Shown here in pieces: positions 1 to 11,100 of a stretch of DNA of 12,872 bases (position 1 is the stretch's first letter; each line of letters starts with the position of its first letter). The notes under the pieces are model-generated. The model had not been told where the DNA came from. It saw nothing but the letters and a program-made list of their open reading frames with translations, and did not search any database. Position numbers and translations under genes: made by a program. The DNA comes from Vitrella brassicaformis CCMP3155. Its lineage: Eukaryota > Protista > Chromerida. The DNA lies in contig CDMY01000889.1 of assembly GCA_001179505.1 (NCBI GenBank), positions 1-12,872 of the forward strand, given 5' to 3'.

Positions 1-270
1 TTCGTCGCCCACTCGGAAGTGCGGATGGTGCTGAGTGGCGCCGGTGACGTCTGGTCCGAGTCGCGTGACGATGCCCGAGCAGTCGCTGCCCGGCGGCCCC
101 GGGTCGCCCGGATACAGTCCCATCACATTCAACACGTCGCGGAAATTCAAACCAACCGCACACACACGCAACTCCACCTGACCAGGACCGGGGGAGAGGC
201 GCTGTGCGTGGCTCAAAGGACGGACCATCAAGTTGGACAGGGCCCCCCGATCAGCCATGTGCAGCTCGAC
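1..270 (-). other. Enoylreductase, N-terminal part, module C
   Basis: VELHMADRGALSNL...GPGQVELRVCAVGLNFRDVLNVMGLYPGDPGPPGSDCSG. Confidence 0.92.
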
Positions 271-2185
271 CGAGCCCTCGGCGACATGCCGACCACGAAC
301 CAGACGGCGCACATACGGATGGCCTCGTATAGCAATCTCGTTCTCGACAAGAGAGTCGACGTCCGGGGCCTTGAAGGTGGTGACAGTCTTGGACAGAGAT
401 TGCAAAAGCGGCACTCCGGACACCCCAGCGACACCGTCACTGTCGAGTTCCAACGATCGGATGTCGACTGCATCACCGACCTCCAGGCGAGCAGCGCGGG
501 CCATGCCCCACACACCAGCATGCACTGGATCGCAGGGCAAGCGCTCATCAATCGAGAGCACCTGTTGCGTGCCGCGGCTGAGGACCCACAGTGTTGGAGC
601 CGTCGTCGATCCCGAAGCGGAACTGACCCTCACCATCGACCTGATCACTTGTGTCAGGGCTTCGAGAACATCCACAGCGTCCTGGGCCGCATCACTCGAC
701 TCCGTGAAGAACACGTCGGTGAATGACTCGCTATCCAGCGCTTTATCCACGCCTTCGACCGTCGATGCGCGGACTGTCAGTGAGCTCGCGGCGGCCTCGA
801 CGCCGCCCACTTGATTTAGTATGTCGTCAGCAGACTGTCCACCGACGAGAAGCCAGCGACCGACGCACTCCTGGGTGGCCTTACGCTGCGCGGCGACCTG
901 CATCCACTCTGTGTTCCACATGGCTGTAGAGAGGTCGACTTGAGGGGTCAGACCACTCAGGTTGGCCTCCATGAAGCGGAACTCGTCGAAGGCGGCGAGG
1001 AGCTTGCCCTCGGCCGAGAAGAGACGGATGTCGGCCATGATCTTGGTCCTCGTGGACTTGCTCGGGTGGATCATGACGTGGGACCAGATGCTGCTGTCGT
1101 GAGGGATGGGCCGAATCTGCACGCGGCCTATGGCCACAGGCACCACAGCCCGCACGTTCGCAGTGGCTTCGGAAGAGGAGACGGCGGCACAGACGCAATG
1201 GAGTGCACCATCAACGACACGAGGGTCCATGCTCAAGAATCGGGTGATCGACTTCTTGGATGGTGGGCTGATGAGACCGAGGGCCTCATTGTCTCCCTGC
1301 CACACCGCCGACACAGTCCTGAATGTCTCGCCGTAGTTGAGCCCCACCCTGTCGAGGATCTCGTACAGCTGGGGGACCGACAGCTTCTTGTTGCAGCCTG
1401 CCTTGGCCTTCTGCAGCTGGTCCTCGGCTGCCAGCGGGTCGACTGATGGAGCGGTGTCCTTGGCGAGCTCCGCCCTCACATGACGCACCGACGGAGCGAG
1501 TCCTCTGTCCTCGCTCACCTCACGGCTGCCCAGCGTCACCGTGCCGTCCTTCGTCACGGAGCACTCCAATCTGAGAGCAGTCCTGAAGTCATAATGCTGG
1601 TCCCAAGCTGCCTCGACCGTCATGGGTCTCTCGAACTCGACGTCCTCAAGGACGACAGATCCGTCGTGGCCGGTGCGGTGGAGCCACTCCTCTGCCTGCA
1701 GCTCCCGAATGGCCGACACGGCCACCTCAATGAAGCCCGCGGCCGGCATGGTGCTCTGCCCAGCGACACAGTGGTCCTTGTAGAGTGCCAAGCCTTCACG
1801 GGGCATGGCCGTCAGGTAGACCATCTTGTTGTCACTAGTGGTGTCACTCGCCATGAGCCGCTTGGCTAGCAGAGGATGACGCAGCTCAGGCCACGGGAGC
1901 GACTGTCGCCGGCCTCGCCCCTGGCGGTCTCCTTGCTGGGCCATCAGGGCTTTCTCTCGACAGCCAGTGACTGTCTCAATTGCCTTGGCGAGGCTTTGCC
2001 GCTCGTCAGTAGGTGACCGCAGCGCCGCAACCATCGTTGGCTGACCTCCTGAGCTGTTGTCCTTCTTGGCGTCGATCCGCTGCGCCAGGCTGGTGAGGAC
2101 AGGCGCCGGGCCGACTTCAAGGAACACCTCGTAGTCGTCCTGGAGAGCCGACACCATGGCGTCGCTAAAGCGAACAGGCTTCAGT
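1..2185 (-). CDS. Exon (runs off the window): AT C-terminus, DH, structural KR and ER N-terminus (module C); absent from the ORF track because it has no stop in the window
   Basis: Manual translation found no stop from 2184 to 1. Motifs: LKPVRFSDAM, FLEVGP, RHPLLAK, KDHCVAGQSTMP, VGLNYGETF, DPRVVDGALH, HAGVWGMARAARLE, LHMADRGALSNL, GLNFRDVLNVMGLYPGDPG. Confidence 0.92.
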
Positions 2186-5100
2186 CTGGACACAGGAGAG
2201 AAAACAAAGAGGACAGTCAGTGTGGTTCTCTGATCGATAGCTGCAATGGAATTAGTCAGCTTGCCTTACATGTGGTCAGCCCAGTATTCTGGCGACAGCA
2301 GCCCGTCGGTGATCTCCTGGCCAGTCACCGTCGAGATGAATCGGACCTCGTCTCTTGGAAGCGAGAAGGTGACGGCCTCGCACGTCTTGCGGAACTGCGT
2401 GGCGACCTCCTTCATCATGGGTGAGTGGAAGGCGTGCGACACGGTCAGGAAGCGGTAGCTCCCCGCCTTCATCTTGTCCAGTGCCTTCTGCACGAGGTCA
2501 TGCCGTCCCGAAATGACCACACTCTGGGGGCCGTTGATGGCGCCGATGGCCATCATGTCGTCGCCCTCCTCAGAGATGATCTCATGCAGCGTCGGTTCCA
2601 TCTCTTCTGCGCTCTTCCTCAGGGCCACCATCACGCCGTCCTGCTCTGGGAGCTCCGCCATGAGTCTGGCCCGCTCGGCCACCAGGAAGATGCCGTCCTC
2701 CAGGCTCATGACGCCGGCCACGACGGCCGCCACATACTCGCCCAGACTGTGACCGATGACAGCGTCAGGAGTGACGCCCTTGGACTTGAGCAGCTCAGAC
2801 AGTGCGTACTCGACGGCAAACAGGGACGGCTGAAGGTATCTTGTGTCCGATGCAGGTGGGTCGGAGGGCGGGCTCTCGTAGAGGAACTGCAGCAGCGACA
2901 TGCCGCACTGCCTCTCTAGGATCTCATGGCAGCTGTCGAGGGCCACCTTGAACGCCGGCTCAGACTCGTAGAGCTGCTCGCACATCTTGAGGCGCTGAGA
3001 GCCCTGGCCAGTGAAAAGGAACACGGTGCGCGATGCAGCAGCACCACTTGGACCGTCCGCAGGAGGCTGGATGTCCTCATCCGAAGCCATTGGAGGTGGC
3101 TCTGTCGGATCCTCACGCTGGACCGTGAGAGACCTCGTGTCATGCTTGTGTTCTCGTGAAAGGACGACGTGTGCGTTGGTGCCGCCGAAGCCGAATGAGC
3201 TGACGCCAGCGCAGAGCCTGCCACCCTTGGCGCCTGCCGCCACTCTGGGCAGCCGGACCGCATCGACGGGCAGCACCACGGGGAAATCATCCACCTCGAT
3301 GTGCGGATTCAAGCCACTCAAGTGCAGGTTAGCCGGAGCTGTCTGCTGCACGAGGACGAGGACCAGCTTGATGAAGCCAGCAATGCCGGCCGATCCCTCC
3401 ATGTGCCCCATGTTGCTCTTGAGGGCTCCAAGGACCAGCGGGTTCTCTCGCCTCCTGCCGGCCTCAAAGACAGACCGCAGGGCACCGATTTCGATCGGGT
3501 CGCCGAGGCTGGTGGCCGTGCCATGGGTCTCGATGTAGGACACGTCGGCAGCACGCACACCCGCATCCTTGAGCGCCTGTGCGATGACTTCCCTCTGCGA
3601 GGGGCCGTTGGGAGCAGTGAGGCTCGCAGATTTGCCGTCCTGGTTGACAGCAATCCCTCGAATCGTCGCCCACACTCCGTTGGGCCCACTCCGCCCCCCA
3701 CCGGCCCTGCGCAGGACGACAGCTCCGCTCCCTTCCGCGCGCCCATAGCCGTTGGCTTTCTCATCGAAGGTCCGGCAGGTCCCCTCCGGTGACAGCATAC
3801 GCGCCTTGCTGAAGGCGACGTAGTTGCCGGGTGCGATCATGAGGTGGACTCCGCCGACGAGGGCCGTGTCGCATCCGCCCTGCCTCAGGGACCTCACCGC
3901 CATGTCGCACGCGACGAGCGAGGACGAACAGGCCGTGTCGACGCAGAGACTGGGACCCTTAAGGCCCATCGCGTACGAGAGCCGGTTGGATATGATGGAC
4001 GAAGCGCTACTGGTGCCCATGAAGGCGCTCACGTCGCTGACCTGGTTCCCATAAACAATGGCGTAGATGGCCAAGTTGTTCAGAATGGACCAGTCGTGGG
4101 TGCACGCCCCGATGAAGACACCGGTAGAGCTGCCCGACAGCGCTTCCTTGGTCATGCCGGCGTCAGCGAACGCGCCGTAGGCCACCTCGAGGATGAGTCG
4201 CTGCTGCGGGTCCATGCTGGTGGCTTCGACTGGCGAGATGTTGAACAGTGAGGCATCGAACATGTCTACGTCGTCGATGAAGGCGCCCTTGGTCGTGTAG
4301 CAGAGGCAGCGGGGGTCGTCGGGGTCCGTGACTGCACACAGCCTCTCCTTGTCCCATCGCATGTTGGGCATGTCGTCGATGGCATTGCCATGGCTGAGCA
4401 GGAAGTCCCACAGTGCCTGTGGACTGTAGCACTCTCCGGGGAAGTGACACGCCATGCCGACGATGGCAATGTTCTGGCTCCCGCCGCTCACCCCACCACC
4501 CGCCTTTGCATCCACCCCCACAAGTGCGGCCCCACCGTCCTGCCTACTGCCCGCCTCCATCATGGTCTCCGTGACGATGTGGTCGACCACTGCGCCCAGT
4601 GTTGGCGCATCGAAGAGGAGTGTGGCCGACAGGCGCATATCCAGCCTCCTTGACAGCTCGTTCCTGAACTCCACGGCCCCGAGCGAGTCGACGCCCAGCT
4701 CCTGCAGAGGCAGGTCGAAGTCCAGTTTGTCCTCGGCCATGCCCATCGTCATCTTGGCCGTCTCCACGACGACCTCTCGCACACGCTCTCTCCTCTTCTC
4801 AACCGACATGCCCGCCAGCTCCTTGTCCAGACCTCCCTCTCCGCGAGACCGTGTGTCCGTGCCGGCCGCGAGACGCGCAAACAACGCGGGAGGCGTCACG
4901 AACTGTCGGATGAACCGCCTGAGCGCCAGCGGCTGCACGGCCACGACTGGGAGTGGGTTGGAGGGCCGAATGAGGGAGTCCAGGACGCGGAGGCCCAGGT
5001 CGTTGGAGATGCTGTAGATGCCCATTCTAGTCAGCTGGGTCAGGTTCGCCTGTTGCGCCGCCATCCCCTGTTCCTTCCAGCCGCCCCACTGGACGCTGAG

Positions 5101-8100
5101 AGCGGGCAAGCCGTGCTTGCGGCGCCACTGGGCTAAGGCATCCAAACATGCGTTGGCTGCCGAGTAGTTGGTCTGTCCCCTGTTGCCCAATACACCGGTG
5201 ATCGACGAGAAGAGGACGAAGTTCTTCACAGATGTCCTCGCGAGCCTCGCGTGAAGGTTCCAGGCTCCCCACACCTGAAAGGAGAGACATACAAACAGGT
5301 CCGGCACTGATCGACAAAATGCGTCATGTTGCTCCCTCGTTCATTCACTCACTCACTCACTGACCTTCGGGCCGAAGACTCTCGTAATGGAGCTGCGCGT
5401 TTGTTCTGCAAGAGGTGCGTCCGCAAGGACCCCTGCAGCGTGCCACAATCCCCCAAGACACGCACCACTCGACGGCGAATTGTCCAAGCCCAAGTCGAAG
5501 TCAGTCTCGGGAACGATCCCTGACAGAAGCTCGTCCACGTGTTCCATGTTGCTGACGTCTGCCTTCTTGATTGTGACGTTGGCGGCCGATTGCGTGAGCC
5601 ACTGCCAGTGTCTGTAGAGCGGGTTGGGCTCTCCGGTCTTGGTGTCGGTCTGGGCCGGCGGGGCGCCTCTGCGCGACACGAGCACTATCGACTTGACGCC
5701 CTCACTCACCAGCCAACGGGCAACCACCAAACCCAATCCACCCACACCACCTGTTATCACGTGAACATCCGCTGGATTGGCCGGCCCAGCGGTCGATGAA
5801 GGGGACCGAGTGGCGCAATCGACAGCGGACGACCAGGAGATGACCACCTTGCCGATGTGCTTGGCCTTCTGCATGAAGCGGAATGCCGCGATGGCGTCGC
5901 CCATGGTGCGGTCGCTCGATGTGTCAAGGTCCTCGGCAGAAGGGGCAGCGTCGACATCGAATTGACAAATCGGTAAGGGCTGCAGCACTCCGGTATCTGC
6001 GAGCTTCGTCAGGTCGGCTAGCCGCTGTCCAAACCAGGCAGGGTCGGCCTCAATCATCTCGTCCAGTGCGATCGGGTGGTACGCAGCCTGCGGCCGTACA
6101 GCGGCCATCTGCTCCCTCGTCCAGATGCCCCGTTTGCCGATCTCAAGGAAGCGACCGCCCACGTGCTTCATCAGGCTCACCGACTCGTCAATGAACTCAC
6201 CAGACAGACAGTTGAGGACGACGTCGAGGCCGGCATCGCCATCGGTCGGCAATGCACCGCCGCCCTCTTGGGGGACGCCGAGGAAGGCCCTCATGTCGGT
6301 CTTGAAGCGGCTGACGTCTCGCGTGCTCGTCACGTACTCGACGCCCAGCGACCGCAGGTACTGCTGCTTCTCGGCGCTCCCAGCCGTCGCATACACCGAC
6401 GCACCCACACGACGGCAGTACTGAATCGCCGCCAAGCCCACCCCGCCACTCGCAGCGTGGATCAGCACACGATTGCTGGCCTGCACCTTGCCCAAGTCCG
6501 TGAAAGCGACCTCCACCGTCCCAAAGACACTCGGCATGGCGGCCGCTTGCTCAAAAGTGAATTTTGTCGGCTTCACAGCCATGGTGTGCACCGATGTGGT
6601 CACGTAGGTCCTCAGGCAGCCGGCCGCTATGCCGTATACGTCATCTCCAAGCTTCAAGTGGTTGATCTCTGGTCCGAGTCGCGTGACGATGCCCGAGCAG
6701 TCGCTGCCCGGCGGCCCCGGGTCGCCCGGATACAGTCCCATCACATTCAACACGTCGCGGAAATTCAAACCGACCGCACGGACACGCAGCTCCACCTGAC
6801 CAGGACCGGGGGCGATCCTCTCTGCCTCGTCAAGTTGGCGCAGGGATAGGTTGGACATGGCGCCCCTCTCCGCCATGTGCAGCTCCATCGGCCCCTTGAC
6901 TGCGATGCTGCTGTCCTTGAGGCGCGGTGCGTAGAGCTTCTCGGCACGAGTCGCATACGCCATTTCGACCTCCTGCACCTTGCCCGCACCGGCTTGGACA
7001 ATGCCGAGCAGGTTTGGAAGCCCACCGCTGGATGAATCGGCATCCTCCGAGTCGTGCTCGATGTCCAGCGACGCGAGTGTGATGCCGGCAGGCATCTCGA
7101 GCCGGGCAGAGCGCAGGAAACCCCATATGCCGGCCATGTGGGCCCGGCAGACCTCGAACAGCGGTGGTGCATCCTCCTCTGACGAGTGGATGTGGAAGAT
7201 GTCGCGGGTGACGACAAGAAAGGTGAATGCTGGGGGCTTGCGGCTGGTGCCGTCTCGATGAAGGACCACATTCCTCAGCGCCTTGCACAGAGTCAACAGC
7301 TCGTCGAGGGCATCCTCAGCAGAGGCGTAGTCGTCGCCCACCCAGTACGTGACCAGGGCCCACTCCTCGCTTCGGAGCATTTTCTCGATGTCCTTGACCG
7401 TGAGGCTCACAAGCTGATCCCTGCTCACTGTCCGTCCCGGTGTGTTTGCTGTGACCAGACGGGCAGGCGACGGCAGGCGAAGGTGCAGGCAGGAGGGCAG
7501 CGATGAGGCGGGACTTGACGCACTGCGTGGCGATGACTCCGACTCTTCGACTGACAGTGTGGGGCTTTCGGGAGCCTCCAAGGCCGAGTCCCCCACCGGC
7601 TTGTCATAGTCGACCTCCTCCCACTCCACACTCCACAGGAGGTCGGCGTACGAGGGTCTCTCAGCTGCCTTGGGCTGGAAGGGCCGTAGCTGCAGCCGCT
7701 CGATCCGCCCCACCACCCTGCCCGTTGCTGCCGCATAGATGTCGATGTCGACCACCACACCAGACGCTTTGCTTTCCTTCAGCACGGCATGGGAGAAGAG
7801 CGTCTCATCCGCCTTGCACGGCTCCAGACAGACCAACTCCACACCGGCAGGTACCAGGAGTGTGTGCTGATGACTGCGGACCAGACAGCCGGCCGACTGG
7901 AAGGCCCCGTCCAAGAGTGCGGGATGCATATTGCATGCAGCATCCAGTGGACCGATGTGGTGGTCCAGCCGCACCTCGCCCAGGCACTCGGAGGACGAGC
8001 TGTCGACCCACAACTTCCTCACCGTCCGATACTCGGGACCATACTCCAGCCCGCCAGTGCGCATCTTCGAGTACACAGTGTCCACGGCCAGGGGCTGCTT

Positions 8101-11100
8101 TATCCTCGCCTGCAGATCAGCCAAGGTGCTCGTCCCTCGTCCGCCATCCGGTGCATCGTCGCTGTCGTCGTCATCCGACGAAGTGAAGTCGTAGACATTG
8201 GCCGTGACGTGGATGATCTGGCCTTCACTATCAGCCTCTTGCTCCGCGTCTTCGGGCACGGTTGCCGCCTGCACTTTGGGGTTCGGCCCATCGCCCACTG
8301 CAAGCCTCAGCACCTTGCCTGCGTCACGCGAGAACACCAGCGGCAGTTGGAACGACACGTTGGTGATGATGGGGGTGTCCCGCGGCTTGTTGAAGGCCTT
8401 GCGAGCACCAGCAATACAGAGCTCAATCCACGCAGCAGCCGGGAAGACCACCTCGGCCTTGACGACGTGATCCTTGAAGAGACTCAGAAAGTCGCTGCCG
8501 ATGAAGCGACGGTACCGTCCCCTGAGGCCCCGCCGCTGTTGCGCCGACTCGATGTCAGGACCCAGGAATGGATGGACGGTCTCCTGCCAGTGGAACGCAC
8601 GACGATTCGGCACCCAAGGGCCACTCACGGCTGTCGCCTCGTCGACACGTGCACCCCTCGCAGCCCTGCTCGACTCGCTGGTGTCCTGTTTGTGTTCGCA
8701 CGAGAAGATGACGTGTGCGTTGGTGCCGCCGAAGCCGAATGAGCTGACGCCAGCGCAGAGCCTGCCGCCCTTGGCGCCTGCCGCCACTCTGGGCAGCCGG
8801 ACCGCATCGACGGGCAGCACCACGGGGAAATCATCCACCTCGATGTGCGGATTCAAGCCACTCAAGTGCAGGCTCGGTGGCACTACCCCACGCTGGAGGG
8901 CGAGGACCAGCTTGATGAGGCCTGCCACGCCAGATGCACCCTCCAGATGGCCAATGTTGGTCTTGAGGGCGCCTATGACCAGTGGGTGGGGTCGCCTCCT
9001 CCCCTTGCTGAACACACTGCGGACTGCACCCACTTCGAGAGGGTCACCTGTCCACCCAGGCAAAGCAGACAAACACGTGAGATGCAGAGGGCGCAAGAGT
9101 GCATTCACGTGAGGGATTGCTTACCTAGGGCGGTGCCCGTTCCGTGGCTCTCGATGTAGTCAATGTCGTTGGGTTTGAGAGCCGCATCGACTAACGCAGC
9201 GGCGATGCAGTCACGCTGGGCGGGGCCGTTGGGCGCGGGGAGGGTGGCTGTTCGGCCGTCGGAGTTGACCGCTGTACCACACACGAAGCCGTGAATCCGC
9301 TCAGCAGGACCCGACGATGAGTTTGCCGGTTTAAGGATGAAGGCAACGCATCCCTCTCCTCGACCGAAGCCGTCAGCTTGTGCGCTGAATGTCTTGCAGC
9401 GTCCTCCTCGGCTGAGCATTCTGGCCTTGGCAAAGATGACATAGTTCTGTGGGGAAAGCAGCAGCTGCACGCCGCCAAGGACGGCGACATCGACGGTGCC
9501 GTCCCTCAGGGCGTTGACGGCTGCGTCGCTTGCCACCAATGCGGAAGAGCATGCTGTGTCGATGGTCATGCTAGGCCCGCGGAGGGCGAAGGCAAACGAG
9601 ATGCGGTTGGAGATGATGGATGCCGCTGAGCCGGTGCCGTGGAAGGCGGTCATGTCGCGCCTCTTGCTGATGTTGATGTAGTTCCAGTCGTTGCCGCAGC
9701 ACCCAGAATACACACCCGTGCGCGTGCCGCGCACGCTCTCCATGGTCATGCTGGAGTCGTGAAGCGCCTCGAGGACCACCTCCAGCAGAACCCTCTGCTG
9801 CGGATCCACCGCGGCAGCCTCAAAGGGAGTGATGTTGAAAGCAGTGTGGTCGAACATCTCCACTCCATCGATGAAGGCTCCATGCCTCGAGTACGTCGTC
9901 CATCCTGAGGCATTCTCGTCGGCACGATAGAACTCGTCATGGTCCCACCTGTCTGGCGGCACCTCCGTCACGCAGTCTTTGCCAGACATCATCATCTTCC
10001 ACAGCGCCTGAGGACTGTCACTGCCGCCTGGCAGACGACACGCCATGCCTGTCACGGCAGCCCGCCGGTCTCGGGGGCCGACAGCCGCCCTCTGGCTGAT
10101 GTGCGCCCCGATTGTCCATGGAGTCTTCTCGCCCTCAGATGCTGTCTCGGCGACCAGAAAGTCGATCATGGCGCCAAGTGTGGGGTAGTCGAAGAGGGTG
10201 GTGGCGGGCAGCTTGACGCCCAGCCGGCGCGAGAGGGTGTTGCGAAGCTCGACGGCGGACAGGCTGTCGAGGCCCAAGTCCACCAGTGACGTGTTCATGG
10301 CCAGGGCGACGTTGGTTGAGGCCGTCATGTGCTGCACGGTCTCGATTAGCACCTTTGTCACCCATTCCTTCCGCTCTTCGGGGCTGGCAATCTCAGACAT
10401 CGACGTCTGCGTGCCCTCGTCAGTGGCGTGGGGGCGGCCTGCCTTGCCGACGGTATGGACGCCCTCCCGCTTCAGTGGGACTATCCTGGGCTTGCTGCAC
10501 AGTGAGAGGACGTCGTAGTAGCTCCCTCCGATGCGACGCATGAAGCTCCGCTGCAGGGCCTCCCAGCGGATTGGCGACACGCACATGGCAGTGAGACGAT
10601 GCTGCATCAGGACTGCCGAGAGGGCTCCCTCAGCCAAGTCCCGGTCGATTCGTAGGAACCCCTGCTTGGCGAGAACGGCAATGCGACCCGCCTCGCCGCC
10701 CGTCATCTCAGCGAGCTCGTCGCCGTCCGACAAGACGCCAAAGTCGATCGACTGCGCAGGCAGACCTTTGCTCTGGCGGTAGACAATCAGCGACTCGATC
10801 AACGAGCAGGCCGCCCCGGCGCTGACATTCAGGGGGACGCCAAAGGCTGCTGCATGGGAGTTGCAGGCGATGAAGACGTCCAGCTGGTCTTCATCCAGAG
10901 TGCTTTGGTGAAGGTTCCACAAGGCGCCCACATCCTCCGTGACCGCCCGCTGGAAGTGCTGCCTCGTGTGCTCGCGGATCGACACTGACTCGGCTGCTCC
11001 GCCAGCGTGAACCACCCCCTTCAGCGGCGGCAGACGCGCCTTGATCATGCGAAGCAACGTGATGAGGTAGGTGATGTCGTTGACATCGCCCGGCACCGGG

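Larger units (their letters stand above)
4903..5763 (-). other. Ketoreductase, module B, predicted active (split by the intron at 5275-5364)
   Basis: TGGVGGLG Rossmann motif, HAAGVLAD (LDD-like), catalytic K (GPK), S (FSS), Y (codon 5164-5166) and N all present. Confidence 0.94.
8704..10064 (-). other. Ketosynthase, module B (split by the intron at 9048-9124)
   Basis: Triad intact: DTAC (Cys 9549-9551), HGTGT (His 9144-9146), NIGH (His 8947-8949). Confidence 0.96.

Noticed and set aside
1621-1860. Apparent frameshifts in DH-C on a first read
   Set aside because: Re-translation by coordinate gives a continuous frame (MPREGLALYKDHCVAGQSTMPAAGFIEVAV...GSVVLEDVEFERPM).
6115-6145. 20-nt identity between ER-B (around 6121-6140) and ER-A (around 12596-12615)
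   Set aside because: It covers the conserved GKRGIW motif and is too short to separate from ordinary homology.
6728-6734. Tyr in the ER 'LYPG' motif as a (2S)-methyl stereochemistry predictor
   Set aside because: The only visible AT is malonyl-type and the MT is degenerate, so no methyl branch is predicted. The bacterial rule is also unvalidated for this lineage.
8146-8181. Asp/Ser-rich low-complexity runs (SSDDDDSDDAPD; also the Ser/Pro-rich linker near 7490-7580)
   Set aside because: Typical flexible linkers of protist megasynthases; no repeat unit or separate function is supported.
7789-8742. Long plus-strand ORFs (e.g. 7789..8742, 6076..6849, 19..726, 940..1446, 4454..5017)
   Set aside because: Antisense shadows of a GC-rich coding strand with no recognisable motifs. 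The shared peptide in 19..726 and 6076..6849 simply reflects the ER repeat.
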